Part shown: piece after piece, positions 46,635-55,060 of the stretch | Layout: each line of letters starts with the position of its first letter | Position numbering within the stretch: position 1 is the first letter of the stretch | DNA from: Acidobacteriota bacterium | GTDB taxonomy: Bacteria; Acidobacteriota; Blastocatellia; Pyrinomonadales; Pyrinomonadaceae | Direction: 5' to 3' | Length of the DNA stretch: 64,000 nt | Assembly: GCA_046732535.1 (NCBI GenBank) | Contig: JBKPNH010000062.1 | Span: 972-64,971 of the forward strand | Position numbers and translations under genes: made by a program | The notes under the pieces: generated by a model | Database searches by the model: none | Told to the model about the DNA's origin: nothing | Seen by the model: only the letters and a program-made list of their open reading frames with translations

Positions 46635-47974
46635 GAAGTCTGAGCGTTGGCGGCGAGAAGGGAATTTGATTCCGATCGATCGGGTTGCTTCAGCGATAGA
46701 AGCGGCGCGATTAGCTTGATCGTTCGTTCAGCCGCGCCCTGGTTGTCGAGAACGAGTTGTTTAGCGCGAGCGGCGAGCTCAGACCGGCGATCAGGGTCTG
46801 ACAGTAACTCGGTGAACACCCTTGCGAGCTCGTTAGAGGCGGCTTCGTCCGGCAACGGCGGCAACTGAATAATCGCATTCGCTTCGTTCAGTAGATCGAT
46901 GATCGCGTGGAAGTTATGCGTGTGGGCGCCTGTTACGACAGGCGCGCCCATTGCCGCCGGCTCGAGCACGTTATGACCACCGCGATCGACGATGCTGCCG
47001 CCGACGAAAACCACGGATGCAAGCGAGTATGTGGCCGGTAGCTCACCGATCGTATCGAGCAGGATCACGCGCGCACTCGCATCAGACGCATCCGGTACGT
47101 TTGTTCGTCGTGCCCAACTCAATCCCGAGTCCCGGATCAACGAAGCGACTTCCTGAAAGCGTTCCGGATGCCTAGGCGCGAGCATCAAACGTGCCTGACC
47201 GTTGAGCTGTTTGAAGCTTTCGAGAATGATCTTCTCTTCCGGCGCGTGGGTGCTCGCCGCGAGAATCAGCGGCACGCCGGAATCCAACGCAAACCGCTCG
47301 CGGATCTCGGAAGTCTTCTCCGCCGCTGAAGAAACGGCGCCGGCGTCAAACTTCAGATTTCCCGCCGTGTGGATCCGGTCTGCGGGCATACCCAAATCCC
47401 GCAGCCGGCCGGCGTCGACTTCAGACTGCATGACCGCGATGTTCAAGCACCGCAGCATTCGACCCAGGAAGAACCTGATCGCCGAGTAGCGTCGAAACGA
47501 CTCGCGCGAAATCCGTCCGTTCACCAGCGCCACCGGAATCTCACGCGCCTGGCACTCCCGCAGGAAGTTGGGCCACAACTCCGTCTCCATGATCAGCACG
47601 GCGTCCGGGTTGATCCCTCGCAACGCGCGGCGGGCAGTCCAGCGCCAGTCAAATGGAAAGTAGAAGATGCTGTGCGCGTGCTTGCCGAAGACGTCGCGCG
47701 CCAGTTTTTGTCCGGTGAGTGTGATAGTGGAGACGACGAGCGCGTGGTGCGGAAACTCGCGCTTGATCCGTTCCACTAACGGCCGCGCCGCCTGCGTCTC
47801 GCCCACCGAAACACAGTGCAGCCAGATCACGGGATGCTGATCGATAGGAGGAATGGCACCAAAGCGTTGGCGCAAACCTTCGACGTATTTGCCGTGCGCC
47901 AACGCTTGAAACAGGAAGTGAGGGATTAGAACGAGAAGGCCGAGCGATAACAGGAGGCTGTAAGCCAGGTACAT
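46631..47974 (-). CDS. waaA: 3-deoxy-D-manno-octulosonic acid (Kdo) transferase
   Basis: IWLHCVSVGETQAARPL, N-terminal anchor, GT-B C-terminal half. Confidence 0.9.
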   Translation of the reverse strand: MYLAYSLLLSLGLLVLIPHFLFQALAHGKYVEGLRQRFGAIPPIDQHPVIWLHCVSVGETQAARPLVERIKREFPHHALVVSTITLTGQKLARDVFGKHAHSIFYFPFDWRWTARRALRGINPDAVLIMETELWPNFLRECQAREIPVALVNGRISRESFRRYSAIRFFLGRMLRCLNIAVMQSEVDAGRLRDLGMPADRIHTAGNLKFDAGAVSSAAEKTSEIRERFALDSGVPLILAASTHAPEEKIILESFKQLNGQARLMLAPRHPERFQEVASLIRDSGLSWARRTNVPDASDASARVILLDTIGELPATYSLASVVFVGGSIVDRGGHNVLEPAAMGAPVVTGAHTHNFHAIIDLLNEANAIIQLPPLPDEAASNELARVFTELLSDPDRRSELAARAKQLVLDNQGAAERTIKLIAPLLSLKQPDRSESNSLLAANAQTS

Positions 47975-47998
47975 TGGGAACCACGGATCTTACGAATT

Positions 47999-48562
47999 TT
48001 ATTTCGCTCGCTCGATGTACCGCCCTTCCGTCGGATCGACGCGGATTCGATCGCCCTCGTTGATGAACGGCGGGACTGAGATCGTAACGCCGTTCTCGAG
48101 CGTCGCGGGCTTGTTCACGTTGGAGACCGTAGCGCTCTTCAAGGTCGGCTCAGTCTGCGTCACAACCAACTCCATTGACGGCGGCAGGTCGATTCCGATC
48201 GGCGAGCCTTCGTAAAACTCCGCCTGAAGCTTCAGTCCCGGCGTGAGCCATTGGGCTGCGTCGCCCAGGTCGTCTTCGCTCAGGGCGATCTGTTCGTAGT
48301 TCTCCGTGTTCATGAAGTGATGGTGCGAGCCGTCGGAGTAGAGATACTCCATCTCGTGCTGTTCGAGCGAGGCGCGGTCCACCGTGTCGGCCGAACGAAA
48401 GCGATGTTCGAAGGAAGATCCGGTACGAATATTTCTTAGCTTGGTTTGTACCATTGCCCGCAGGTTGCCGGGCGTATGGTGACGGAATTCGACGACTTTG
48501 CACGGCTGGCCTTCGAAAACGATAACCATGCCGCGTCGAATCTGGGTTGCGGGAATTGCCAT
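47999..48562 (-). CDS. efp: Elongation factor P family protein (non-canonical beta3-beta4 loop)
   Basis: ...NKPATLENG...[22 protein letters not shown]. The loop reads [10 protein letters not shown] where E. coli EF-P has VKPGKGQAF. Confidence 0.9.
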   Translation of the reverse strand: MAIPATQIRRGMVIVFEGQPCKVVEFRHHTPGNLRAMVQTKLRNIRTGSSFEHRFRSADTVDRASLEQHEMEYLYSDGSHHHFMNTENYEQIALSEDDLGDAAQWLTPGLKLQAEFYEGSPIGIDLPPSMELVVTQTEPTLKSATVSNVNKPATLENGVTISVPPFINEGDRIRVDPTEGRYIERAK

Positions 48563-48625
48563 AAAACTGAAGTCTCCGTTTAAAAATGTGGTCTAAAAAA
48601 GTGCGTAGTTTATCAGTTAATCATG

Positions 48626-48670
48626 AAAAAGGGCGACCTCTGAAAATGATTCCAGACAGCCGCCCTTTTT
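48626..48670 (-). terminator. Hairpin flanked by A5/T5 runs (bidirectional-type terminator) downstream of the 48737 gene
   Basis: aaaaagggcg pairs with cgcccttttt, with an imperfect inner stem tctgaaa/ttccaga. Confidence 0.45.
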
Positions 48671-48736
48671 GAGGAGCCCACCTACCTCGATTAGGTAAAC
48701 GCTAACTGGGCTGGACGGTTCCAATTAAAGTCGACG

Positions 48737-49456
48737 TCACGCGGCGCGTGCTCGCGGAACTCTTCGCAGCCGAGCGAGGCGTTCGAGCCATCGCTGCGCT
48801 TCCTCGTAGTGCGGAAACCGCCGCTCGTCGAGTCGGAAAGCGCTGGTGTGATAGTAGCGCCGGCCCTTGATCAACCGCGCCGGGTGCTTGATGTGGAGCA
48901 TCTCGTGATACAGGATGTACTCCACGAACCACTCCGGAACCTCTTTCGAATCCAGCGTCTTGCTGATCGTGATGCTGTCGTAAATGTGGTCGTGATGACC
49001 GAGGATGCTGCGCGTTCGCCGCTGCGACCACGTCAAGGTCGGCTTCGCCAACTGGCCGTCGAAGTAGCGGCGATTCAATTTGCCGAACATCCGTTCAAGA
49101 TCGTAAACCTCGCCCTGCGCTGACGAGATCATCTTCCGTCCGCGGCCTCTTCGAGCCAGGTCGGACGAGCGCATCACGGCTGGAGTCAGGGAATAGTCCC
49201 GGTAAACCCGGTCATGAATCGTCGGCACGCGTTTTCCGAGCAGCCGCGCCACCAGAATCCACGCCAGCGCCCGCAAAACGTCCGGCGGGCAGTCTTTGCA
49301 GATGTCTGAAAGTCGTACGTAAACCCGCCCCGAACGCAGCCGAATCGTGTGTCGCAGGCCAGCGTACGGGTAAAAACGCACCTCAATAGTCGGCACGCCA
49401 CGATTGCCGCCCATGTGACGGAACGCGTCCGCGAAATACTTTGCTACATCGTTCAT
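48737..49456 (-). CDS. Zinc-metallopeptidase-like protein (SprT/DUF45-like, HExxH)
   Basis: ILYHEMLHIKH motif, followed by ...YHTSAF. Confidence 0.6.
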   Translation of the reverse strand: MNDVAKYFADAFRHMGGNRGVPTIEVRFYPYAGLRHTIRLRSGRVYVRLSDICKDCPPDVLRALAWILVARLLGKRVPTIHDRVYRDYSLTPAVMRSSDLARRGRGRKMISSAQGEVYDLERMFGKLNRRYFDGQLAKPTLTWSQRRTRSILGHHDHIYDSITISKTLDSKEVPEWFVEYILYHEMLHIKHPARLIKGRRYYHTSAFRLDERRFPHYEEAQRWLERLARLRRVPRARAA

Positions 49457-49469
49457 GCGGGTGCCTACG

Positions 49470-49511
49470 GTTACAGACCTCTGGTTGGGTAGTTACAAAC
49501 CTCGGGTCGGG
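49470..49511 (+). repeat. Tandem 20-nt imperfect direct repeat (17/20), 22-nt period, in the hrcA upstream region
   Basis: gttacagacctctggttggg (49470-49489) and gttacaaacctcgggtcggg (49492-49511). Confidence 0.6.
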
Positions 49512-49731
49512 GGACAGAACGCCTTACCGGCAATCGAAAGGAGTAAGTTTGACGGACCGAGTGACGCAGGGCGTGACCAGGTTTTGGAACTTCCAGCGGC
49601 GGTAATCTTAAAGACGCGGGGCTAGGCGGGTCAAGCCTTGGCGGGGGTCCTGCCGGATGGCGGTGTTCGGGGCGGGTCGGGCAGACAGAAACACGGAATA
49701 AACTGTATACTGCTCAGGTTTTTGTAAATTT

Positions 49732-50847
49732 ATGCCTCGGCGAGCCTCAAATCTTCAACACAGCGACAAAAACGCGCTCGACTCGCGCGCCGAAGTGCTG
49801 CTTGCAGCCCTGATCAAGGAACATTTGGTCACCGGCGAGGCGGTCGGTTCGCGCGTGCTGTCGGATCGTTTCGCGCATGGCTACGGCTGGAGCCCGGCGA
49901 CGATTCGCAACGTCATGGGTAATCTCGAAGAAGCCGGCTTCGTAGATCAACCACATACCTCCGCGGGCCGCGTGCCAACGGATAAAGGCTACCGCTACTA
50001 CGTCGACAACATGCTCGGCCAGGCGCGATTGTCGCGCGGCGATCTCAAGACCATCGATCACCTGTTTGCAGCCTACGACATCGATGCCGCGTCGTCGCCG
50101 GACCGGTTGATGGAGACCGCGTCGCACGTGTTGTCAGCGTTGTCGCAGAACGTCGGGATCGTCGTCTCGCCGTCGCTGGCGGAAAACCGTCTCAAGCACA
50201 TCGAGTTCGTACAGCTCCCGGACAAGCGAATCCTGGTCGTGCTCGTCTCCGTGTCAGGCATCATTCACAACAAAGTCATCAGAACCTCGGACGACTTCAG
50301 TCAAGACGATCTCGATCGCACCGCCAACTATCTGAACCTCGAGTTTCACGGCAAGAGCCTCGCGACGATCCGCGCTGAAATCGTGGAGCTGATGAAAGAA
50401 GAGAAAGCGCTCTACGACAAACTTCTCCAAAACGCGGTGCTGTTGTGCGAGCGAAGTCTGGAAGGCGAGGAGACGACCGGAGAAGTTTACGTCGACGGCG
50501 CTTCCAACATTCTTACAAAGCCCGACTTCGACGACATCGAACGCATGCGCGACCTGTTTCGCATGTTCGAAGAGAAGTCGCGGCTCATCAAGATTCTGAA
50601 CGAATGTGTTCACGAACCCCCAACGTACCCCGGCGACGTGCATGTAACCATCGGGCGCGAACACCTGGCGAGTTCGATGCGCGATTGCGCGCTCATAACC
50701 GCGCCCTACCGTGTCGGATCCAACGAAAATATCGGTACTCTCGGCGTCGTTGGGCCTATGAGAATTGAATATGCACGGATAATGGCTATGGTAAACTACA
50801 TGGCGCGGTTGATAGAGCAGCGCCTCGGCGAACAAACCGCACGTTAG
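49732..50847 (+). CDS. hrcA: Heat-inducible transcription repressor HrcA
   Basis: N-terminal winged helix (LIKEHLVTGEAVGSRVLS...SPATIRNVMGNLEEAGF) and position ahead of grpE-dnaK-dnaJ. Confidence 0.92.
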   Translation: MPRRASNLQHSDKNALDSRAEVLLAALIKEHLVTGEAVGSRVLSDRFAHGYGWSPATIRNVMGNLEEAGFVDQPHTSAGRVPTDKGYRYYVDNMLGQARLSRGDLKTIDHLFAAYDIDAASSPDRLMETASHVLSALSQNVGIVVSPSLAENRLKHIEFVQLPDKRILVVLVSVSGIIHNKVIRTSDDFSQDDLDRTANYLNLEFHGKSLATIRAEIVELMKEEKALYDKLLQNAVLLCERSLEGEETTGEVYVDGASNILTKPDFDDIERMRDLFRMFEEKSRLIKILNECVHEPPTYPGDVHVTIGREHLASSMRDCALITAPYRVGSNENIGTLGVVGPMRIEYARIMAMVNYMARLIEQRLGEQTAR

Positions 50848-50876
50848 ACTCGCGGCGGAGATTCCGACCCTTCCTA

Positions 50877-51581
50877 ATGACATCTGACAGGAAAGACAAG
50901 CGCGGGTTCCGTATTCCAATCAGGTTCAGCGACGCTGAAAATGAGACCGAATCTTCCGACAGACCAGCCGAGATGGACAGAATAGACCCCGACGCCAACC
51001 CGGAAATCGAGAGCGAAGATCAACTGACAACCGAAACCGATCTGGGGCTCGACGATCTGGAGCCGGAAGAAGTCGCGGGTGGGCCTGATACGGCTGAACT
51101 GATCGCCACGCGTTCCGAGTTGAAGCGTGTCGAGGCGGAAAACGCCGAACTGAAAAACAGCCTGGCGCGCCGGCAGGCCGACTTTGAAAACTACCGCAAG
51201 CGCGTCGACCGCGAACGAAGCGAGACGTACAACCGAGTCGTCGCCGATATCGCGGCAAAGCTGTTGCCCGTATCGGACAACCTGAAGCGCGCGCTCGACA
51301 CGGAAGCATCGGTCGAGGCTTCAGAGTCTGACGAGTTTCGTCATTTTCTGAGTGGCGTGGACCTGATCTGGAAACAGCTCGGCGGCGTTTTCGAAGCATT
51401 CGGCGTCAAGCCGATCGAAGCAGTCGGACAACCGTTCAATCCGCACCTTCACGAGGCAGTGGTGATGGAAGCGACGGACGAGTACGAGCCTGACATGGTG
51501 ATCCAGGAGATCCGCAGCGGATACAAAATCGGCGACAAACTGATTCGCCCGGCACTAGTTAAAGTCTCGACCCGGAAATAG
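50877..51581 (+). CDS. grpE: Nucleotide exchange factor GrpE
   Basis: ADFENYRKRVDRE...FNPHLHEAV...GYKIGDKLIRPALVKV. Confidence 0.9.
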   Translation: MTSDRKDKRGFRIPIRFSDAENETESSDRPAEMDRIDPDANPEIESEDQLTTETDLGLDDLEPEEVAGGPDTAELIATRSELKRVEAENAELKNSLARRQADFENYRKRVDRERSETYNRVVADIAAKLLPVSDNLKRALDTEASVEASESDEFRHFLSGVDLIWKQLGGVFEAFGVKPIEAVGQPFNPHLHEAVVMEATDEYEPDMVIQEIRSGYKIGDKLIRPALVKVSTRK

Positions 51582-51585
51582 CTGG

Positions 51586-53400
51586 ATGGGAAAAGCAATC
51601 GGCATAGATTTAGGCACTACGAACTGCTGCATCGCCGTTCTTGAAGGCGGCGCGGTGCAGATCGTGGCCAACAAGGAAGGCGGCCGCACGACGCCGAGCG
51701 TGGTCGGATTTACCGATAAAGGCGAACGGCTCGTCGGTCAGATCGCCAAACGTCAGGCTGTCACCAATGCCGCGAATACCGTCTATGCCGTCAAACGATT
51801 AATCGGAAGAAAGTTCAGCTCTACGGAAGTCGCGCGGATGCGCGAGACGTCGGCTTTCGAGATCGTCGATTCGCCGAACGGCGATGCGCGAGTCAGCGTG
51901 CAGGGCCGGAAGTACAGCCCGCCCGAGTTGTCTGGGATCGTCTTGCAGCGCTTGAAGGCCGCCGCCGAAGAGTTTCTCGGTGAACCTGTAACGGACGCCA
52001 TCATCACCGTCCCCGCGTATTTCGACGATACGCAACGGCAAGCGACTAAAGATGCCGGCAAGATCGCCGGACTGAAAGTCGAACGCATCATCAACGAGCC
52101 GACGGCAGCGGCGCTGGCTTACGGACTCGGAAAGTCGGACGTCGAACGGATCGCGGTTTACGATCTCGGCGGCGGCACGTTCGATATCTCGATTCTGGAA
52201 ATGAACGACGGCGTCTTCGAAGTGCTGTCGACCTCCGGAAATACGTTCCTCGGCGGCGAAGACTTCGACGAGCGCATCATGCACTGGATGGCGGAACAGT
52301 TTCTTGCCGACACCGGAATTAATCTGCGCCAGGACCGGCTCGCTTTGCAGCGTCTCAAGGAAGTCGCGGAGCGAGCGAAGTGCGACCTTTCTTCGACGCT
52401 CGAGACAAACATCAACCTGCCATTCATCGCGGCGGACGCCAGCGGGCCGAAGCACTTCAACAAGAACCTGACCAGGCAGCAATTCGAAACCCTCGTGAAT
52501 GATCTCGTCGAGCAGACCGTCGAGCCCTGCCAGACGGCGCTGAAAGACGCCAATCTGCAACCGGGTGATATTCACAAGGTGATCCTGGTCGGTGGTCAAA
52601 CTCGCTCGCCGATCGTGCAAAGAACCGTCGAGAAAATTTTCGGCCGCAAGCCGTCTGCGGAGATCAATCCGGATGAAGTAGTGGCGATGGGCGCCGCGAT
52701 TCAGGGCGGCGTGTTGAACGGTGAAGTCAAAGACATCGTGCTGCTCGACGTGTTGCCGCTGAGTTTGGGTCTCGAAACGCGCGGCGGCTTGTTCACGAAG
52801 ATCATCGAGCGCAATTCGACGATTCCGCTGCGCAACAGCCTGACGTTTACAACCGTTGTCGACAATCAGTCATCAGTTGAGATTCACGTTTTGCAGGGCG
52901 AGCGCGAGATCGCGCAAGGCAACCGTTCGCTCGGCAAGTTTGAGCTCGTAGGGATTCCGCCGAGCCCGCGCGGCGTGCCGCAGATCGAGGTCTCGTTCGA
53001 AGTCGACGGCAACGGAATCGTTTCAGTGTCGGCGCAGGACAAAGCGACCGGACGGGAACAGCAGATGCGCATCACGCCGACCTCCGGTTTGGCGCCCGAC
53101 GAGATCGATCGTCTGATCCAGGAAGCCGAAGACTTTGCCGACAGCGATCGCGCCGTCAAGGAAGTCCTTGTGTTGAGAACGAAGCTGGAGTCCTTGCTCA
53201 GAAACACTAAGAAGTCGTTTACTGAGTACGGCGGCCTGCTTTCGGAGACCGATCAGGGCAATGCCGATACTGTGTTCAAGGAAGCGGAGGCCGCGAGAAG
53301 CTCAGAGAAGCTTGAAGAGATCAAAATGGTGCTGACCAAACTGGAGCGGGTCGCCGGACAACTCACGGCCGCCATGCTGAACCCCACGAGCGAAATCTAG
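51586..53400 (+). CDS. dnaK: Molecular chaperone DnaK
   Basis: IGIDLGTTNC...DLGGGTFDIS...VILVGGQTR... Confidence 0.97.
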   Translation: MGKAIGIDLGTTNCCIAVLEGGAVQIVANKEGGRTTPSVVGFTDKGERLVGQIAKRQAVTNAANTVYAVKRLIGRKFSSTEVARMRETSAFEIVDSPNGDARVSVQGRKYSPPELSGIVLQRLKAAAEEFLGEPVTDAIITVPAYFDDTQRQATKDAGKIAGLKVERIINEPTAAALAYGLGKSDVERIAVYDLGGGTFDISILEMNDGVFEVLSTSGNTFLGGEDFDERIMHWMAEQFLADTGINLRQDRLALQRLKEVAERAKCDLSSTLETNINLPFIAADASGPKHFNKNLTRQQFETLVNDLVEQTVEPCQTALKDANLQPGDIHKVILVGGQTRSPIVQRTVEKIFGRKPSAEINPDEVVAMGAAIQGGVLNGEVKDIVLLDVLPLSLGLETRGGLFTKIIERNSTIPLRNSLTFTTVVDNQSSVEIHVLQGEREIAQGNRSLGKFELVGIPPSPRGVPQIEVSFEVDGNGIVSVSAQDKATGREQQMRITPTSGLAPDEIDRLIQEAEDFADSDRAVKEVLVLRTKLESLLRNTKKSFTEYGGLLSETDQGNADTVFKEAEAARSSEKLEEIKMVLTKLERVAGQLTAAMLNPTSEI

Positions 53401-53446
53401 TGTCCTCGCAATCAAAGTAGTATTTTTTAGAAGGTTAACGGATTGA

Positions 53447-54568
53447 ATGAGTAAGCGTGACTATTATGAAGTGCTGGGCGTGAGCCGTACGGCCACGGAG
53501 CAGGAGCTGAAGACGGCCTACCGCCGTCTCGCGATTAAGTACCATCCTGATAAGAATCCCAACGACAAGGCTGCGGAAGAGAAGTTTAAGGAAGCCGCCG
53601 AGGCTTACGGTGTGTTGTCGAACGGCGAACAGCGGAAGCGTTACGACCGGTTCGGTCATGCGGGAGTGTCGAGCAGCGCCGGCGCCGGTTCGTGGGGCGC
53701 GCCCGGTTTTGGTGGAATTGAAGATATCCTTGGAGACCTGTTTGGTTTTGGCGACGTGTTCGGCGGCGGGCGCGGCGGTTCGCGCCGCTCGGCAGCACAA
53801 CGCGGCGCCGATCTCCGCTACGATCTCGAGATCACTCTCGAAGACGCCGCGAACGGTATGACTGCGCAGTTGCGCATTCCGCGTCTCGAAGGCTGCGAGT
53901 CGTGTAAAGGCTCAGGCGCCGCGGCAGGCACGGAGCCGGAGAGTTGTAGCACTTGTAACGGCACCGGGCAGGTTCGTTATCAACAGGGCTTCTTCTCGGT
54001 CGCCCGCACGTGTCACGTGTGTCGGGGCGTTGGTCGCGTGGTGAAGAACCCGTGTCCGCAGTGTAACGGCGCGGGACGAGTCGAGCGCGAGAAGCAGATG
54101 GAGGTCAAGATTCCCGCGGGCGTCGAGACTGGTTCACGACTGCGCGTGCCGGGAGAAGGTGAAGCGGGAACGCAGGGCGGTGCAGCCGGCGACCTCTACG
54201 TCGTGATCCATGTTGCCGAACACGCTCAGTTTGAGCGGCAAGCGAACAATCTTTACCAGGCGGTCCCGATCACATTCGCGCAAGCCGCACTCGGCGCCGA
54301 GTTGACGGTGAAGATGCTCATCGACGGTGAAGAGAAGCTCAAGATCCCGATGGGCACTCAGACAGGGACAGTGTTTCGTTTGCGCGGGAAGGGAATGCCT
54401 GCGCTTGGCGGCCGCGGCCGTGGCGATATGTTTGTTTCAGTGACTGTGATGACGCCGACGAGCTTGACCCGCGAACAGCGTCGCTTGCTCGAACAGTTAG
54501 CCGAAGTCGAAACCACGGATCTTGCGGATAAGAAACTGGTCGATAAGGTACGGGATATTTTCGGATAA
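53447..54568 (+). CDS. dnaJ: Molecular chaperone DnaJ
   Basis: J domain with HPD (KYHPDKN), a Gly-rich linker and four CxxCxGxG repeats. Confidence 0.95.
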   Translation: MSKRDYYEVLGVSRTATEQELKTAYRRLAIKYHPDKNPNDKAAEEKFKEAAEAYGVLSNGEQRKRYDRFGHAGVSSSAGAGSWGAPGFGGIEDILGDLFGFGDVFGGGRGGSRRSAAQRGADLRYDLEITLEDAANGMTAQLRIPRLEGCESCKGSGAAAGTEPESCSTCNGTGQVRYQQGFFSVARTCHVCRGVGRVVKNPCPQCNGAGRVEREKQMEVKIPAGVETGSRLRVPGEGEAGTQGGAAGDLYVVIHVAEHAQFERQANNLYQAVPITFAQAALGAELTVKMLIDGEEKLKIPMGTQTGTVFRLRGKGMPALGGRGRGDMFVSVTVMTPTSLTREQRRLLEQLAEVETTDLADKKLVDKVRDIFG

Positions 54569-54583
54569 TTCGTTAATCCGCGG

Positions 54584-54997
54584 TTACTTTCCTAACAACC
54601 TCATCATCTCTGCATGCAGCAGCACGACGTCCGGTGATTGCTGCAATGCCAGGAAGTAATTCTTCTGAAACTCGCTTCCCGTTTCCGATGGCGCAAGCAG
54701 GCTCTTCGCGCGCGCCACGAGGGCTTTCGCGTCTTCTTCAGTAGTCGGTTGGTCAGGATCGCGAGTGTCCAGCGTTTCATCAATTTGGACGATCAGTTCA
54801 GACAATCGGTGCAGCCAATCGAACCACGGATCTTTCAAGACCAACTGCAAAAACTCATAACTATTCCCAATCCGCCCTCGTGCCCGCTCGTAACCTAGCC
54901 GCTCCAGATCGAGCAGTGTCTTGTGCAGCCGCAACAATCCCTGGCGCAACTCCTTCAACGCCTCACGCGTGATATCCGAAATGTTCTCGTTTGCCAT
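54584..54997 (-). CDS. Conserved-looking hypothetical protein (137 aa)
   Basis: Internal ATG at 54997 (MANENISDITREALKEL...). The part upstream of it is low-complexity. Confidence 0.5.
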   Translation of the reverse strand: MANENISDITREALKELRQGLLRLHKTLLDLERLGYERARGRIGNSYEFLQLVLKDPWFDWLHRLSELIVQIDETLDTRDPDQPTTEEDAKALVARAKSLLAPSETGSEFQKNYFLALQQSPDVVLLHAEMMRLLGK

Positions 54998-55060
54998 TCC
55001 TTCCCCCTGTCCCCGCTTCTCCCTTTCTCCCGTCCCCGTTTCACTGCGGCCCGCTATGCT

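Noticed and set aside
49585-49597. Sigma54-like TGGAAC...GC upstream of hrcA
   Set aside because: The GG-to-GC spacing is 8 nt rather than the required 10 nt, and the -12 TTGC is missing.
49457-49731. Search for a CIRCE element (TTAGCACTC-N9-GAGTGCTAA) upstream of hrcA
   Set aside because: I could find no match or near match by eye here, nor upstream of grpE, dnaK or dnaJ. Its absence is reported as part of a finding rather than as a feature.
51799-52620. 273-aa ORF antisense to dnaK
   Set aside because: dnaK is unambiguous, so this is an antisense artefact. The same applies to 50254..50919 (hrcA), 42687..43418 (atpB), 28740..29417 (nuoC), 20289..20930 (anti-sigma) and 14610..15176 (phoR).
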